A stretch of 37,349 nucleotides of DNA from a virus (IMGVR_UViG_3300017903_000773:1-37349), one strand, 5' to 3'; counted from the stretch's first letter, positions 26,410-35,251 are shown. Translations and numbers: made by a program. The notes: generated by a model from the letters alone, not told the origin.

Positions 26410-28677
26410 ATGGATACTCCAGAGGTATTTTTTAGGGAAACTATTGATCTTAATAGGTACAGTAATTCTGTTGCAAAGAAATATGCTGTCACTTATAACG
26501 AAATAATAGTCAATGCAGCCAAACAACTTAAGCAGATTGATCTTAGACAACAAGCCGCAGATGCTGGTGTAGTAATCGCACCTCAGACAAGGAAAAGACT
26601 AAGAGCAATAATCAAACAATCAAAAGATAGTCTCGCAACATGGTCAACTAAATCGGCAAGAGATTTTAAAAAAGAACTTCAAGGGGTAACGATATTACAG
26701 AAAGATTTTATTGAAAACGAATTGAAAAAAGTTACAGCATCTGGTGATGTACCGATCAACAGCGTTGCAATAAGTCCCAAGTATGCAGAGTCAGTTATTA
26801 TGACTGATCCATCAAAAGTAAATATTTTTACAAGTAAAGCTTTTACAGAAGATAATTTTGTAAACTTTGGCTCTGGTAAATTTAGTCTTACTGCTACACA
26901 AGGGGCTGCAATAAGGCTGCCAAATGGCACAACAGTAAGCAAAGCATTTAGAGGTTTAGCAGAATCTTCGGCAGAAAGATTAGATTTAGCTGTCAGATCA
27001 GGAGTGTTTGCTGGTGAGTCACTAGATCAGATTACTAGGAGACTTGTTGGTAGGCTTGAATTTGCAGATTTTGGCCCTTTATCTGTTAAGCAGTTAGCTC
27101 TTGCTGGAGGAGAACTTACAAAAGTAGCTAATAATCAAATCTCAACCATTGTTAGAACATCTGTTAATCAAGTTACGAATCAGGCATCACAAGCTGTATA
27201 TGCAGCCAATAAAAAGGTTGCCCCTAAATATGAATATGTTGCAACGCTAGACTCAAGGACAAGTCCGATATGTCAGAGGTTAGATGGCCAGATATTTGAT
27301 TACAACAAAGGCCCTACACCACCTCAACATTTTAATTGTCGATCAACTACTGTCCCTGTTGTTGACTTTGATGGTCTGCAAAAGAAATATCCAACGCTTG
27401 AAAAACCACCAGCAACTAAACTTGATACCAGACCAAGTATTACAGGAAGAGTTCCACAAGGAACACCATACGGCAACTGGCTTTTGCAACAGGATAAAAA
27501 GCTGCAAGTTAAGACTTTAGGTAATGAAGGAAAGGTAAATTTCTTTAAAAAGCTTGCAAAAAAAGAAGGTTCTGGACAGGCAGCGTTGCGGAAGATGATA
27601 AGAACAGATGGAAGCGAAAGAAGTTTGAAGGACTTGGAGAGATTGTATGGCAAGCCCAGAGATATAACTATCAAAACAAAAACTCCTAAACCTGTTGCAA
27701 AACCTGTTGCATTTGAACGAAGGCTTGTAGATTCAAGCCCAGAGCAATTAAGAAAAGATGGCAGGGCGTTAATGAATGAAGTAGGTGAGTTTGATACAGC
27801 TAAACTTAAAAAATTAAATGATAACTTTAGATCGGCTGCGGCAAAAAGTGGTTCTAATTTGAAGCCAGAGTTGGCTGATAAGTTACAGGCAGACTTTGAA
27901 AAAGCTAAAAATGAATACTTAAATTATCGTGGACAGATTTTACAAAAATTTGAAAAATTAAAAAATAAAATGCTAGAAACACCCCTCAGTCAATCGCAAA
28001 TAGATGGTTTTGTAAAAAATACGAAGATTACAACATGGCAAGCTGCACAAAAAACACAAATTAGGGGTTATTTAAGTGAATATATAAGAATGTTCAATGG
28101 TAATGGTTTTATTGCTGCCCCTAATGGTGTTCCACCTATAACAAAAATAGGCAAAGCACAAAGGGCATCAAACAGTTACTGGAAAGGTCAAATGTCAACA
28201 AGTGGTGGAAGAAACTATGTAAGTAAATCAACGACTTTCCATGAAATAACTCACTCAGTAGAGGTAATGAACCCTAAATTAAATAACTATATGAATGAGT
28301 GGAAATTTAATAAAGGATTTACAGATAAAACAAAAATTCAAGAGGTTATTCATAAGAAAAAAGCTCTTGCATCTAGCGGTGCATCTGATTTGGCAAAGAA
28401 AAAACCAGTATATAAGCTAAAAGATATTACTCATATCAATTATGATGCCAGAGAAAAAGCGTTTGTTGATAAATATTTAGACCCTTACATGGGTAAAATA
28501 TACGAGCCAGATAATTTTGTTAAAAGGTTTGGTATTGATGGTTCACCAGAAGCTTCAGAAGTTTTAACAATGACAGTGCAACAATTTGCTGATGTAGAAA
28601 ATATGCCAAAAGTATTAGCTGACCACCCCGATCTTTTTGAACTTATAGTTGGTATGTCTAGGGCAAAGGGTCTGTAG
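26410..28677 (+). CDS. Head morphogenesis protein (MuF/SPP1 gp7 family) with C-terminal HEXXH metallopeptidase-like extension
   Basis: IVRTSVNQV, YEYVATLDSRTSPIC and PPQHFNCRS (MuF); Pro/Lys linker; HEITH at 28240-28254. Confidence 0.88.
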   Translation: MDTPEVFFRETIDLNRYSNSVAKKYAVTYNEIIVNAAKQLKQIDLRQQAADAGVVIAPQTRKRLRAIIKQSKDSLATWSTKSARDFKKELQGVTILQKDFIENELKKVTASGDVPINSVAISPKYAESVIMTDPSKVNIFTSKAFTEDNFVNFGSGKFSLTATQGAAIRLPNGTTVSKAFRGLAESSAERLDLAVRSGVFAGESLDQITRRLVGRLEFADFGPLSVKQLALAGGELTKVANNQISTIVRTSVNQVTNQASQAVYAANKKVAPKYEYVATLDSRTSPICQRLDGQIFDYNKGPTPPQHFNCRSTTVPVVDFDGLQKKYPTLEKPPATKLDTRPSITGRVPQGTPYGNWLLQQDKKLQVKTLGNEGKVNFFKKLAKKEGSGQAALRKMIRTDGSERSLKDLERLYGKPRDITIKTKTPKPVAKPVAFERRLVDSSPEQLRKDGRALMNEVGEFDTAKLKKLNDNFRSAAAKSGSNLKPELADKLQADFEKAKNEYLNYRGQILQKFEKLKNKMLETPLSQSQIDGFVKNTKITTWQAAQKTQIRGYLSEYIRMFNGNGFIAAPNGVPPITKIGKAQRASNSYWKGQMSTSGGRNYVSKSTTFHEITHSVEVMNPKLNNYMNEWKFNKGFTDKTKIQEVIHKKKALASSGASDLAKKKPVYKLKDITHINYDAREKAFVDKYLDPYMGKIYEPDNFVKRFGIDGSPEASEVLTMTVQQFADVENMPKVLADHPDLFELIVGMSRAKGL

Positions 28678-28960
28678 AGTATCCAGTGGGATAGTTTTGT
28701 AAATCTTTGACTGCTTGTAATCTTGCTTTCTCTGGTATTTTTATATTTGACAACCCAACTGAATCAACGGCTGCATTTATAACATCTGCAATATCACACC
28801 TGTCTTTATCAAACAAATGACCATGCACTCCAAATAATCCTTCTTTTACATCATTATTCCAAAACTCGACAGCATCTTTTGAACCTACAGCCTTTGCTGT
28901 TTGTTTAGAATGTTGTATTTCAATATCCCCTAAGGGGGTGGTGATAGTTATAGTAAGCAT
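28658..28960 (-). CDS. Hypothetical protein, candidate immunity protein for the MuF toxin domain
   Basis: 100-aa ORF convergent with and overlapping the MuF 3' end; the only minus-strand gene in the head-tail block. Confidence 0.6.
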   Translation of the reverse strand: MLTITITTPLGDIEIQHSKQTAKAVGSKDAVEFWNNDVKEGLFGVHGHLFDKDRCDIADVINAAVDSVGLSNIKIPEKARLQAVKDLQNYPTGYSTDPLP

Positions 28961-28975
28961 AGTTGTAGTTTAGTT

Positions 28976-29107
28976 ATGCCACTTAAAAAAGGCAAATCAC
29001 AAAAGACTATCTCTGGCAACATACGTTTGCTGATGAAAGAGGGCAAGACATTAAAACAAGCTCAAGCAATAGCTTTATCAACTGCTAAAAAACGCAAAAG
29101 GAAGTAA
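28976..29107 (+). CDS. Small basic protein, 43 aa (MPLKKGKSQKTISGNIRLLMKEGK...)
   Basis: Manually translated; Lys/Arg-rich. Confidence 0.7.
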   Translation: MPLKKGKSQKTISGNIRLLMKEGKTLKQAQAIALSTAKKRKRK

Positions 29108-29132
29108 TATAAAAACAGCTACTTTTATTGTT

Positions 29133-29207
29133 ATGCCTTCACACTATGGTTCAATGAAACCCAAAGGAACAAAGAAAAAGAAAGTTAAGAAGGGAGGTAA
29201 AAAGTAA
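29133..29207 (+). CDS. Tiny basic peptide, 24 aa (MPSHYGSMKPKGTKKKKVKKGGKK)
   Basis: Manually translated; 10 Lys; TAATG-coupled to the next ORF. Confidence 0.55.
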   Translation: MPSHYGSMKPKGTKKKKVKKGGKK

Positions 29208-29308
29208 TGGGATATACATTTAAAGTTCAGACTTATGATGAGTCAAAGCCTAAGGCAGAAAACTGTGAAGTAAAGCCTAAAACAACAAAAAAGAAAGCTA
29301 AAAAGTGA
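29207..29308 (+). CDS. Tiny basic peptide, 33 aa (MGYTFKVQTYDESKPK...TTKKKAKK)
   Basis: Manually translated; preceded by GGAGG; coupled at both ends. Confidence 0.55.
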   Translation: MGYTFKVQTYDESKPKAENCEVKPKTTKKKAKK

Positions 29309-29532
29309 CAAGAAAATTTAGGCGAGTTCCAAAGGACAAAAAGACAGGTGTTCCAAAAAAATATCTGTCTGGTTCTAAAAGTAAGTCTGCGAAAGCGGCT
29401 GAGATCAAGCGAACTGCCGAAGCTTACAGAAAAGGAGAGTATATTGATATAAAAGCTGTATCTAAATCACGCACCAAACAAAATGTCACAGGCAAAAAGA
29501 AGAAAACCACTAAGCGAAAGCGTAAAAGCTAG
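29305..29532 (+). CDS. Small basic protein
   Basis: GTG start in a GTGA overlap; extremely K/R-rich. Confidence 0.65.
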   Translation: MTRKFRRVPKDKKTGVPKKYLSGSKSKSAKAAEIKRTAEAYRKGEYIDIKAVSKSRTKQNVTGKKKKTTKRKRKS

Positions 29533-29740
29533 TTTAAAGAAAAAGGCTGAAGGCACACGTTTTTTTTATGGTGAACTTGCAGAGGTTTACCGCAAAGGAC
29601 AGGGTGCATATCTTTCTGCTGGTTCAAGAAATGTTCCTATGGCAGCGTGGGCTATGGGCAGGGTAAATAGTTATATGAGGGGTGATAAAGCAAGAACAGC
29701 AGACGCAGCAATCTATTCAAGATACAACAAGAAAAGATGA
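29483..29740 (+). CDS. Small basic protein
   Basis: VYRKGQGAYLSAGSR...WAMGRVNSY motif, which I recall from marine viruses. Confidence 0.7.
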   Translation: MSQAKRRKPLSESVKASLKKKAEGTRFFYGELAEVYRKGQGAYLSAGSRNVPMAAWAMGRVNSYMRGDKARTADAAIYSRYNKKR

Positions 29741-29892
29741 AGCTAACTACCAGACAAAAAAACACACTTGCAAAGCACCAAAAGGCTCATGGTCACACAA
29801 AGGCTCATATGGAATATATGAAACGTAAGATGAGAGAAGGGGTTTCATTTACTGAAGCACACAATATGGCAATGAAGAGGAAAGGCAAATGA
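29737..29892 (+). CDS. Small basic His-rich protein, 51 aa (MKLTTRQKNTLAKHQKAHGHTKAHMEYM...)
   Basis: Manually translated; ATGA-coupled at both ends. Confidence 0.65.
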   Translation: MKLTTRQKNTLAKHQKAHGHTKAHMEYMKRKMREGVSFTEAHNMAMKRKGK

Positions 29893-30170
29893 GTGATCCT
29901 AGATTAAAAAGATTTGGACTTGCTGGTTTTAACAAACCAAAGAGGACCCCATCACACCCAACAAAGAGTCATGTTGTTCTTGCAAAAGAAGGCGATAAGG
30001 TTAAATTAATTAGATTCGGGGCGCAGGGTGCAGATACAAAGCCACCAAGAAAGGGTGAATCAGAGGCAGATAAAGCAAAACGCAAGAGTTTTAAGGCTAG
30101 ACACGCTAAAAATATTGCCAAAGGTAAAATGTCAGCAGCTTTTTGGGCAGACAAGACAAAGTGGAGCTAA
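29889..30170 (+). CDS. Small basic protein
   Basis: NKPKRTPSHPTKSHVVLAK...IRFG...SFKARH...AAFWA motif, which I recall from marine viruses. Confidence 0.72.
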   Translation: MSDPRLKRFGLAGFNKPKRTPSHPTKSHVVLAKEGDKVKLIRFGAQGADTKPPRKGESEADKAKRKSFKARHAKNIAKGKMSAAFWADKTKWS

Positions 30171-30199
30171 TATTGTGAATAATTGTAAATTTTTTATTT

Positions 30200-30871
30200 A
30201 TGGCTGACGAACCAATCAAACCAAATCCACCTGTAGATACAGCAGCGTTGATGGCAGAAGTTGAAGCACTCAGAAAAAGCAACAGAGAGATTTTAGATGA
30301 CTACAAAAAAGCAAAGGAGGCGGCAAAAGCTGTTCCACCAGATGTTGATGTAGATGCTCTTATAGCTTTTAAACAACAGAAAGAAAAAGAAGAGTTAGAG
30401 GCAAAGGGCAGATATGATGAGGCGATTGCTAAACAGGCACAGCAGTATCGTGATGCTGAAGAGGCAAAGAACAAAAGAATCCAAGAGCTAGAAGCTAGGC
30501 AGAGACAGCTTGAAGTTGAAGCCCCAGCAGTAACAGCCCTTGCTGATGTTGTACACGATCCCCAATATGTGCTATCACGCATCAGTAAGGATCAACTTGC
30601 AAGAGAGGCAGATGGAACAGTTGTTGTTGTTGATGGTTATAACAGGACTCCAGTTAAGGACTGGGCAATGTCAAAAATGCCTTCATGGGTACAGAAGAAC
30701 CCAAGACCACAAGGCGGTGGAGCAACGACAACTAAAGTACAGACTGAAACAGTAGCTGCTGGTGAAAAGAACCCCTTTGCAAAGGAATCTTTCAACCTTA
30801 CAGAGCAAAGTAGGTTATATAGAACAGATATAAATAAATATAATATGCTCAAAAACGCAGTTAGCGGTTAG
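30200..30871 (+). CDS. Capsid scaffolding protein
   Basis: Coiled-coil, GGG linker and C-terminal KNPF...FNLTEQ; directly upstream of the capsid gene. Confidence 0.8.
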   Translation: MADEPIKPNPPVDTAALMAEVEALRKSNREILDDYKKAKEAAKAVPPDVDVDALIAFKQQKEKEELEAKGRYDEAIAKQAQQYRDAEEAKNKRIQELEARQRQLEVEAPAVTALADVVHDPQYVLSRISKDQLAREADGTVVVVDGYNRTPVKDWAMSKMPSWVQKNPRPQGGGATTTKVQTETVAAGEKNPFAKESFNLTEQSRLYRTDINKYNMLKNAVSG

Positions 30872-30881
30872 TATAGAACTA

Positions 30882-30913
30882 ACGTGGTTGTGCCATGTCA
30901 GAGGTTGTGCCTC
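30882..30913 (+). promoter_or_regulatory. Twin hairpins with identical UUGUG loops in the capsid gene leader
   Basis: ACGTGG-TTGTG-CCATGT and GAGG-TTGTG-CCTC. Confidence 0.6.
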
Positions 30914-30939
30914 GAAGTAAACATATTAATTAAATTCTA

Positions 30940-31977
30940 ATGGCGACATTAAGATCGGATTTAATTATTCCTGAGGTGTTTACTCCCTACTTGATCGAAG
31001 CGACAACTCAAACTGACAGCTTCCTACAGAGTGGGGTAGTGCAACCTTTGGCAGAATTAAATCTTTCCGCAGAAAGAGGCGGTGATTTTGTAAAGATACC
31101 TTTTTACAAAGCAAACTTAACAGGTGATTTTGAAGTATTAACAGATAGCACTTCATTAACTCCAGCAAAGATCACAGCAGATAATCAAATTGCTGCTGTT
31201 CTTCACAGAGGTCGTGCTTTCAGTTCTAGAGACTTAGCTGCACTTGCAGTTGGTGGTGGCGTAGATCCTATGGCTGCTATTGCTCAGAAGATGGCTGCTT
31301 ATGTAAACAACCAAAAGCAAAAGGATTTATATTCTTGCTTAACTGGTGCATTTGGATCTATCAACGCAAATGACAGCAATTCAGCTTTATTTGCTTTGAC
31401 TATTGATTCAGAGTCAGGTGATACTCCAACAACTTTAAGCCCAAGACACGTTGCTAAAGCTCAGTCTTTACTAGGCGATCAGGGCGGTAAGTTAACAGCC
31501 GTTGCAATGCACTCTAAGGTTTTCTATGACTTAGTAGAGCGTAATGCCATAGATAGAATCTATGACAACACTGGCGCACCTGATACAGGAGCAACAAGTG
31601 GTAGTACAACAAGAGCATTTGATGGCCCTACTGCTGTTAATACCTTCATGGGTCTTAACGTAATTGTGTCTGATGATGTTCCTACAACAGGATCTGGTTC
31701 TTCAACTGAGTATTCAACATTCTTCTTTACACAAGGGGCTGTTGTTACTGGTGAGCAAGCACCAATCAGAACACAGACAGATAGAGACATTCTTGCTTTA
31801 GAAGAAGCAATGGCAGTGGATCTCCACTACATCTATCACCCAGTAGGTCTTAAATACGCTGTATCAACAGTTAACCCAAACAGAACAGTTTTGGAGACAG
31901 TTGCATCATGGTCGAAAGTGTATGAGACAAAGAATATCGGTATTGTTAGAGCTACTAACGTATCTAATCAGGATTAA
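30940..31977 (+). CDS. Major capsid protein
   Basis: 345 aa; LSDLIIPEVF-type N-terminus, SFLQSG, HRGRAF, VAMHSKVF and VIVSDDVP; follows the scaffold. Confidence 0.92.
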   Translation: MATLRSDLIIPEVFTPYLIEATTQTDSFLQSGVVQPLAELNLSAERGGDFVKIPFYKANLTGDFEVLTDSTSLTPAKITADNQIAAVLHRGRAFSSRDLAALAVGGGVDPMAAIAQKMAAYVNNQKQKDLYSCLTGAFGSINANDSNSALFALTIDSESGDTPTTLSPRHVAKAQSLLGDQGGKLTAVAMHSKVFYDLVERNAIDRIYDNTGAPDTGATSGSTTRAFDGPTAVNTFMGLNVIVSDDVPTTGSGSSTEYSTFFFTQGAVVTGEQAPIRTQTDRDILALEEAMAVDLHYIYHPVGLKYAVSTVNPNRTVLETVASWSKVYETKNIGIVRATNVSNQD

Positions 31978-31979
31978 TC

Positions 31980-32345
31980 ATGTCTTCATTATTTGACGTA
32001 ACAGCAGGGTCACTTATAGGCCCTACAACAGGCGGCACTGTAACTCAGGCCACTAACAAAGCAACAGGTGTAACTCTAAACACTCAGAGTGGACAGATCA
32101 CAATGAACGGTGCTGCACTAGCTGACGCTGCGGAAGTATCTTTCACAGTGACTAATAGCAAGATTGCAGCGACAGACGTTGTTGTTGCTTGTCATGGTTC
32201 TGCTGGAACTGCTGGTGCTTACATTGTGAGTGCTAACGGAATCGCTGCTGGATCATTCAAGATTACAGTTTCTAACGTGTCTGGTGGATCTTTAAGTGAA
32301 GCTATTGTTATTAACTTTGTTGCCCTCAAGGGTGCATCAAGCTAA
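31980..32345 (+). CDS. Putative capsid decoration protein
   Basis: GGTVTQATNKATGVTLN...GQITM; beta-rich; follows the capsid gene. Confidence 0.6.
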   Translation: MSSLFDVTAGSLIGPTTGGTVTQATNKATGVTLNTQSGQITMNGAALADAAEVSFTVTNSKIAATDVVVACHGSAGTAGAYIVSANGIAAGSFKITVSNVSGGSLSEAIVINFVALKGASS

Positions 32346-32482
32346 TGGCAATGTACGCATTTAGGCGTATGAGAGAGAGGAATGAGGCTGCTCAAAAGGC
32401 AGCTTCACTCACTCAAACTCTTGAAAAGCCAAAACCAAAATCTAAGCCCAAAAAGGTAAAACTCAATGGCGATAACTCTTGA
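32345..32482 (+). CDS. Small basic hypothetical protein, 45 aa (MAMYAFRRMRERNEAA...)
   Basis: Manually translated; TAATG-coupled. Confidence 0.55.
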   Translation: MAMYAFRRMRERNEAAQKAASLTQTLEKPKPKSKPKKVKLNGDNS

Positions 32483-33026
32483 TGCTACTGTTGGTGGGGC
32501 TAATGCCAACACTTATATAGGTCTATCTGATGCAAACTCTTTTATCGAAGGGTTAGTTCTAAGTGATGATGCCGCAGCATGGGATAACTCATCTACGGAC
32601 AATAAAAATCGTGCATTATTTACAGCAGCCCAAAGAATAGACAGAGAGAAGTTCTTAGGAGCTAGGGTATCTGATACTCAAGCTTTGGAGTGGCCTAGAT
32701 CAGGAGTAAGGAAGCCTGACACATACACCAACTTGTATGGATTAAGCTTTCCAAATAGATTAGTTGCTGATTATTACCTTGATACTGAAATCCCAGATCG
32801 TGTAAAAAATGCACAGGTTATCTTGGCTGTTTATCTCAACAACAATAGGAACGGTTTAGAACTAAGTGGCTTAGAGGACTTTGCTGCTGTAAGTATTGGA
32901 AATATAAATGTTACTCCTAGATTTTATGGGGCTACTGGTATTGATCGTATTCCACCGATAGTTGATCATTACCTAATGGGTATTAGAATAGGTGGAAGAG
33001 CAAATATTGGCATCAAGAGGAGTTAA
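32466..33026 (+). CDS. Head-tail adaptor protein (DnaT-like family)
   Basis: GANANTY, RALFTAA, QALEWPR and IPDRVKNAQ motifs. Confidence 0.8.
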   Translation: MAITLDATVGGANANTYIGLSDANSFIEGLVLSDDAAAWDNSSTDNKNRALFTAAQRIDREKFLGARVSDTQALEWPRSGVRKPDTYTNLYGLSFPNRLVADYYLDTEIPDRVKNAQVILAVYLNNNRNGLELSGLEDFAAVSIGNINVTPRFYGATGIDRIPPIVDHYLMGIRIGGRANIGIKRS

Positions 33027-33028
33027 TT

Positions 33029-33283
33029 ATGGCTAAAGCTTATGGATTTGGTTCTCCTGTTGATTACAATATCGGGGCAGAAGTCATAACAGATACAGCA
33101 GCCCATACAGGTCGTTTTAAAAGAATTGACTTTTATGAAAACACACATATCACAACTCTTGTAACTGAAAACTATACAGGTAATTCACTAGATGGTGAAA
33201 CAATCCCAGCAGGTTTTCATATTGAGGGTGTTTTTACCAGTATTACGCTCCAAAATGGAGCTTGTATAGCTTACAAAATTTAA
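33029..33283 (+). CDS. Small virion protein, paralogue 1
   Basis: ITDTAAHTGRF...GVFTSITLQNGACIAY. Confidence 0.68.
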   Translation: MAKAYGFGSPVDYNIGAEVITDTAAHTGRFKRIDFYENTHITTLVTENYTGNSLDGETIPAGFHIEGVFTSITLQNGACIAYKI

Positions 33284-33285
33284 TT

Positions 33286-33510
33286 ATGTCTTATTCTGAT
33301 TTCCCAGCAGCCAAAATTATCAATGATACTGACGCACATACAGGGCGTTTTGGAAAGGTTGTTGCCTTACAAGATTCTGTAATCACACTTGTCTCTGAGA
33401 ATGTAACAGGTGATTTAAGTGCTGTTCCTTTTAAATCCAGTAATGAAATTTGTGGTGTTATAACTAGCATTACTTTAGGAAGTGGAACTGTTATTGCTTA
33501 TTTATTATGA
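33286..33510 (+). CDS. Small virion protein, paralogue 2
   Basis: INDTDAHTGRF...GVITSITLGSGTVIAY; probable ATG at 33286. Confidence 0.68.
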   Translation: MSYSDFPAAKIINDTDAHTGRFGKVVALQDSVITLVSENVTGDLSAVPFKSSNEICGVITSITLGSGTVIAYLL

Positions 33511-33860
33511 GCCTTGCAAACGCATTAAAAAAAGCTGCATCAAAAACTCTGGGTAAACTTGGAGGTGATGTGACTATCAGGCAAGTTACAGCAGGGGCAT
33601 ACAACACCACTACTGGAGCTATTACAGAATCTACATCTGATACAACTATTAAAGGTGCATTGAGTAATGTTTCAAGAAATCAGGTAAATGATTTAATTGA
33701 GTCACAGGATAAATTGCTTACTATTTCTGCTGGTGATCTTACATTTGTCCCTACAACCAAAGATAGAGTTGTTATAAGTAGTGTTGAATTTAAAATTATT
33801 CAAGTAATAATTAATGAGCAAAATAATACACCAGTAAGTTTTGATCTTGTTTTGAGGTAA
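33507..33860 (+). CDS. Head closure / head-tail joining protein
   Basis: VTAGAYNTTTG motif, ~117 aa, neck position. Confidence 0.7.
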   Translation: MSLANALKKAASKTLGKLGGDVTIRQVTAGAYNTTTGAITESTSDTTIKGALSNVSRNQVNDLIESQDKLLTISAGDLTFVPTTKDRVVISSVEFKIIQVIINEQNNTPVSFDLVLR

Positions 33861-33862
33861 TT

Positions 33863-34240
33863 ATGGCAAGACAAATAAGGCTTGATCAAATTGATAATGT
33901 TATGAGGGAAGCAGTAGAAGATTTAGTAAGAGCAACTACTTTGGAATGGACAGCTAGAGTAAAAAAAGCAACACCAGTTAGAGTTGTTTATGAGGGAGAA
34001 CCAAAAGGAGGTGGTCAGCTAAGAGCAGCATGGCAGACTGATATTAAACCATTACAGGGAACAGTCACAAATAATCTGCCTTATGCAGAGCCTGTTTGTT
34101 TTGGTGTTAACTTACCACCATCATGGGGTGGTCAATACAGAACTAGACAAAAAACTGTTGCTGGTTTTCCAGAACTTATTGGAAAAGAGCTTGAACAATA
34201 TGCCAGAAAAGAGTATGAAAGAATCAAAAGGGGTATTTAA
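33863..34240 (+). CDS. HK97 gp10-like neck/tail completion protein
   Basis: TPV...GQLRAAW...NNLPYAEPVCFG. Confidence 0.78.
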   Translation: MARQIRLDQIDNVMREAVEDLVRATTLEWTARVKKATPVRVVYEGEPKGGGQLRAAWQTDIKPLQGTVTNNLPYAEPVCFGVNLPPSWGGQYRTRQKTVAGFPELIGKELEQYARKEYERIKRGI

Positions 34241-34662
34241 TGGCTGCTATTGATTTAAACACTGTCAGATCCACAATAGAGGCTAGGTTAGCCACAGAGC
34301 TTGCTTCAAGCCCAGCTATCCCTGTTGTATTCAATAACATGACCTTTGATTCAACAACTGAAGATACTTTTGTTCAATGTGTTACTAGCTTTGGTGCAAA
34401 CGAATATTTAACTCAAGGTGACTCAAGCACTGCCACAAATAATGTTGTTGGTTTAATTATTCTTAATGTGTTCACTGAGGAAGGTATTGGAGCAGGGTCA
34501 AACTATACTATTTGCAAGAGGCTTAGAGACTTATACAATAGGATCACTGTTTCTAATGTAATTTTTGATCCACCTATAGGCCCTGAGATATTTACATCAA
34601 GTCCAGAGGGTAAGTTTCAAACTCAAATTAGAATCACTTTTAACATTTATGAGGATCTTTAA
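34240..34662 (+). CDS. Tail terminator protein
   Basis: Position before the tail tube; PVVFNN and GLIILNVFT..GIG motifs. Confidence 0.72.
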   Translation: MAAIDLNTVRSTIEARLATELASSPAIPVVFNNMTFDSTTEDTFVQCVTSFGANEYLTQGDSSTATNNVVGLIILNVFTEEGIGAGSNYTICKRLRDLYNRITVSNVIFDPPIGPEIFTSSPEGKFQTQIRITFNIYEDL

Positions 34663-34806
34663 ATGCAAATAACAGAGACAATGCTTGATGCAATCGAGGC
34701 TGTAAAAGGTAGGCGTGACCCTGCTTACTGGGATAATCGTTGTAGACGATATATGGAAAAACAAGAAAATTTAAAAAAAGATGTGAAAAAACCTAAAAAA
34801 GGTTAA
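34663..34806 (+). CDS. Hypothetical protein, 47 aa (MQITETMLDAIEAVKGRRDPAYWD...)
   Basis: Manually translated; exactly fills the gap. Confidence 0.58.
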   Translation: MQITETMLDAIEAVKGRRDPAYWDNRCRRYMEKQENLKKDVKKPKKG

Positions 34807-34831
34807 TATAAAATAAATACTTTCTTTTGTT

Positions 34832-35251
34832 ATGGCTATTAAGGGTGATGTTGGGAAAATCATGTTTGAAAACGCTGGCGGTACGGAAGCTGACGTTGGT
34901 CAAACAAGGTCTTGGTCTTTGTCTATCACTAAAGACACTATGGAGACAACAAAACAAGGCGATACATTCAAAACAAATATTGGTGGCCTGATTCAAGGTG
35001 AAGGTTCAGCAGAACTTCTTTACAATCCATCTGAAACAGGTGCAGGCTACACAACATTTATTGATGATGTATTAACTACAGGTGATAACGCTGACGCATT
35101 ATTTGAATTGTTCCCTGATTCTGGAGAATCAGCTAAAAAAATTAGTTTTGCAGGTATTATCACTAACGCCGAATATGGTGCAACACTTGGGGAAGTTCAA
35201 ATAATTAATATTAGTTTTATTACAAGCGGTACTATAACTTCAGCTATATAG
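34832..35251 (+). CDS. Major tail (tube) protein
   Basis: RSWSLSITKDTMETT..GD...IGGL..GEGSAELLY; siphovirus tube position. Confidence 0.82.
   Translation: MAIKGDVGKIMFENAGGTEADVGQTRSWSLSITKDTMETTKQGDTFKTNIGGLIQGEGSAELLYNPSETGAGYTTFIDDVLTTGDNADALFELFPDSGESAKKISFAGIITNAEYGATLGEVQIINISFITSGTITSAI

Noticed and set aside
23717-27674. Long minus-strand ORFs opposite terL, portal and MuF (e.g. 23749-24249, 25074-25565, 27324-27674)
   Set aside because: Shadow frames of well-supported plus-strand genes, with Ser/Leu-rich translations lacking motifs.
29483-29532. Programmed frameshift fusing the two overlapping basic ORFs
   Set aside because: The downstream ORF has its own ATG and no convincing shift site is visible. 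A simple 50-nt overlap suffices.
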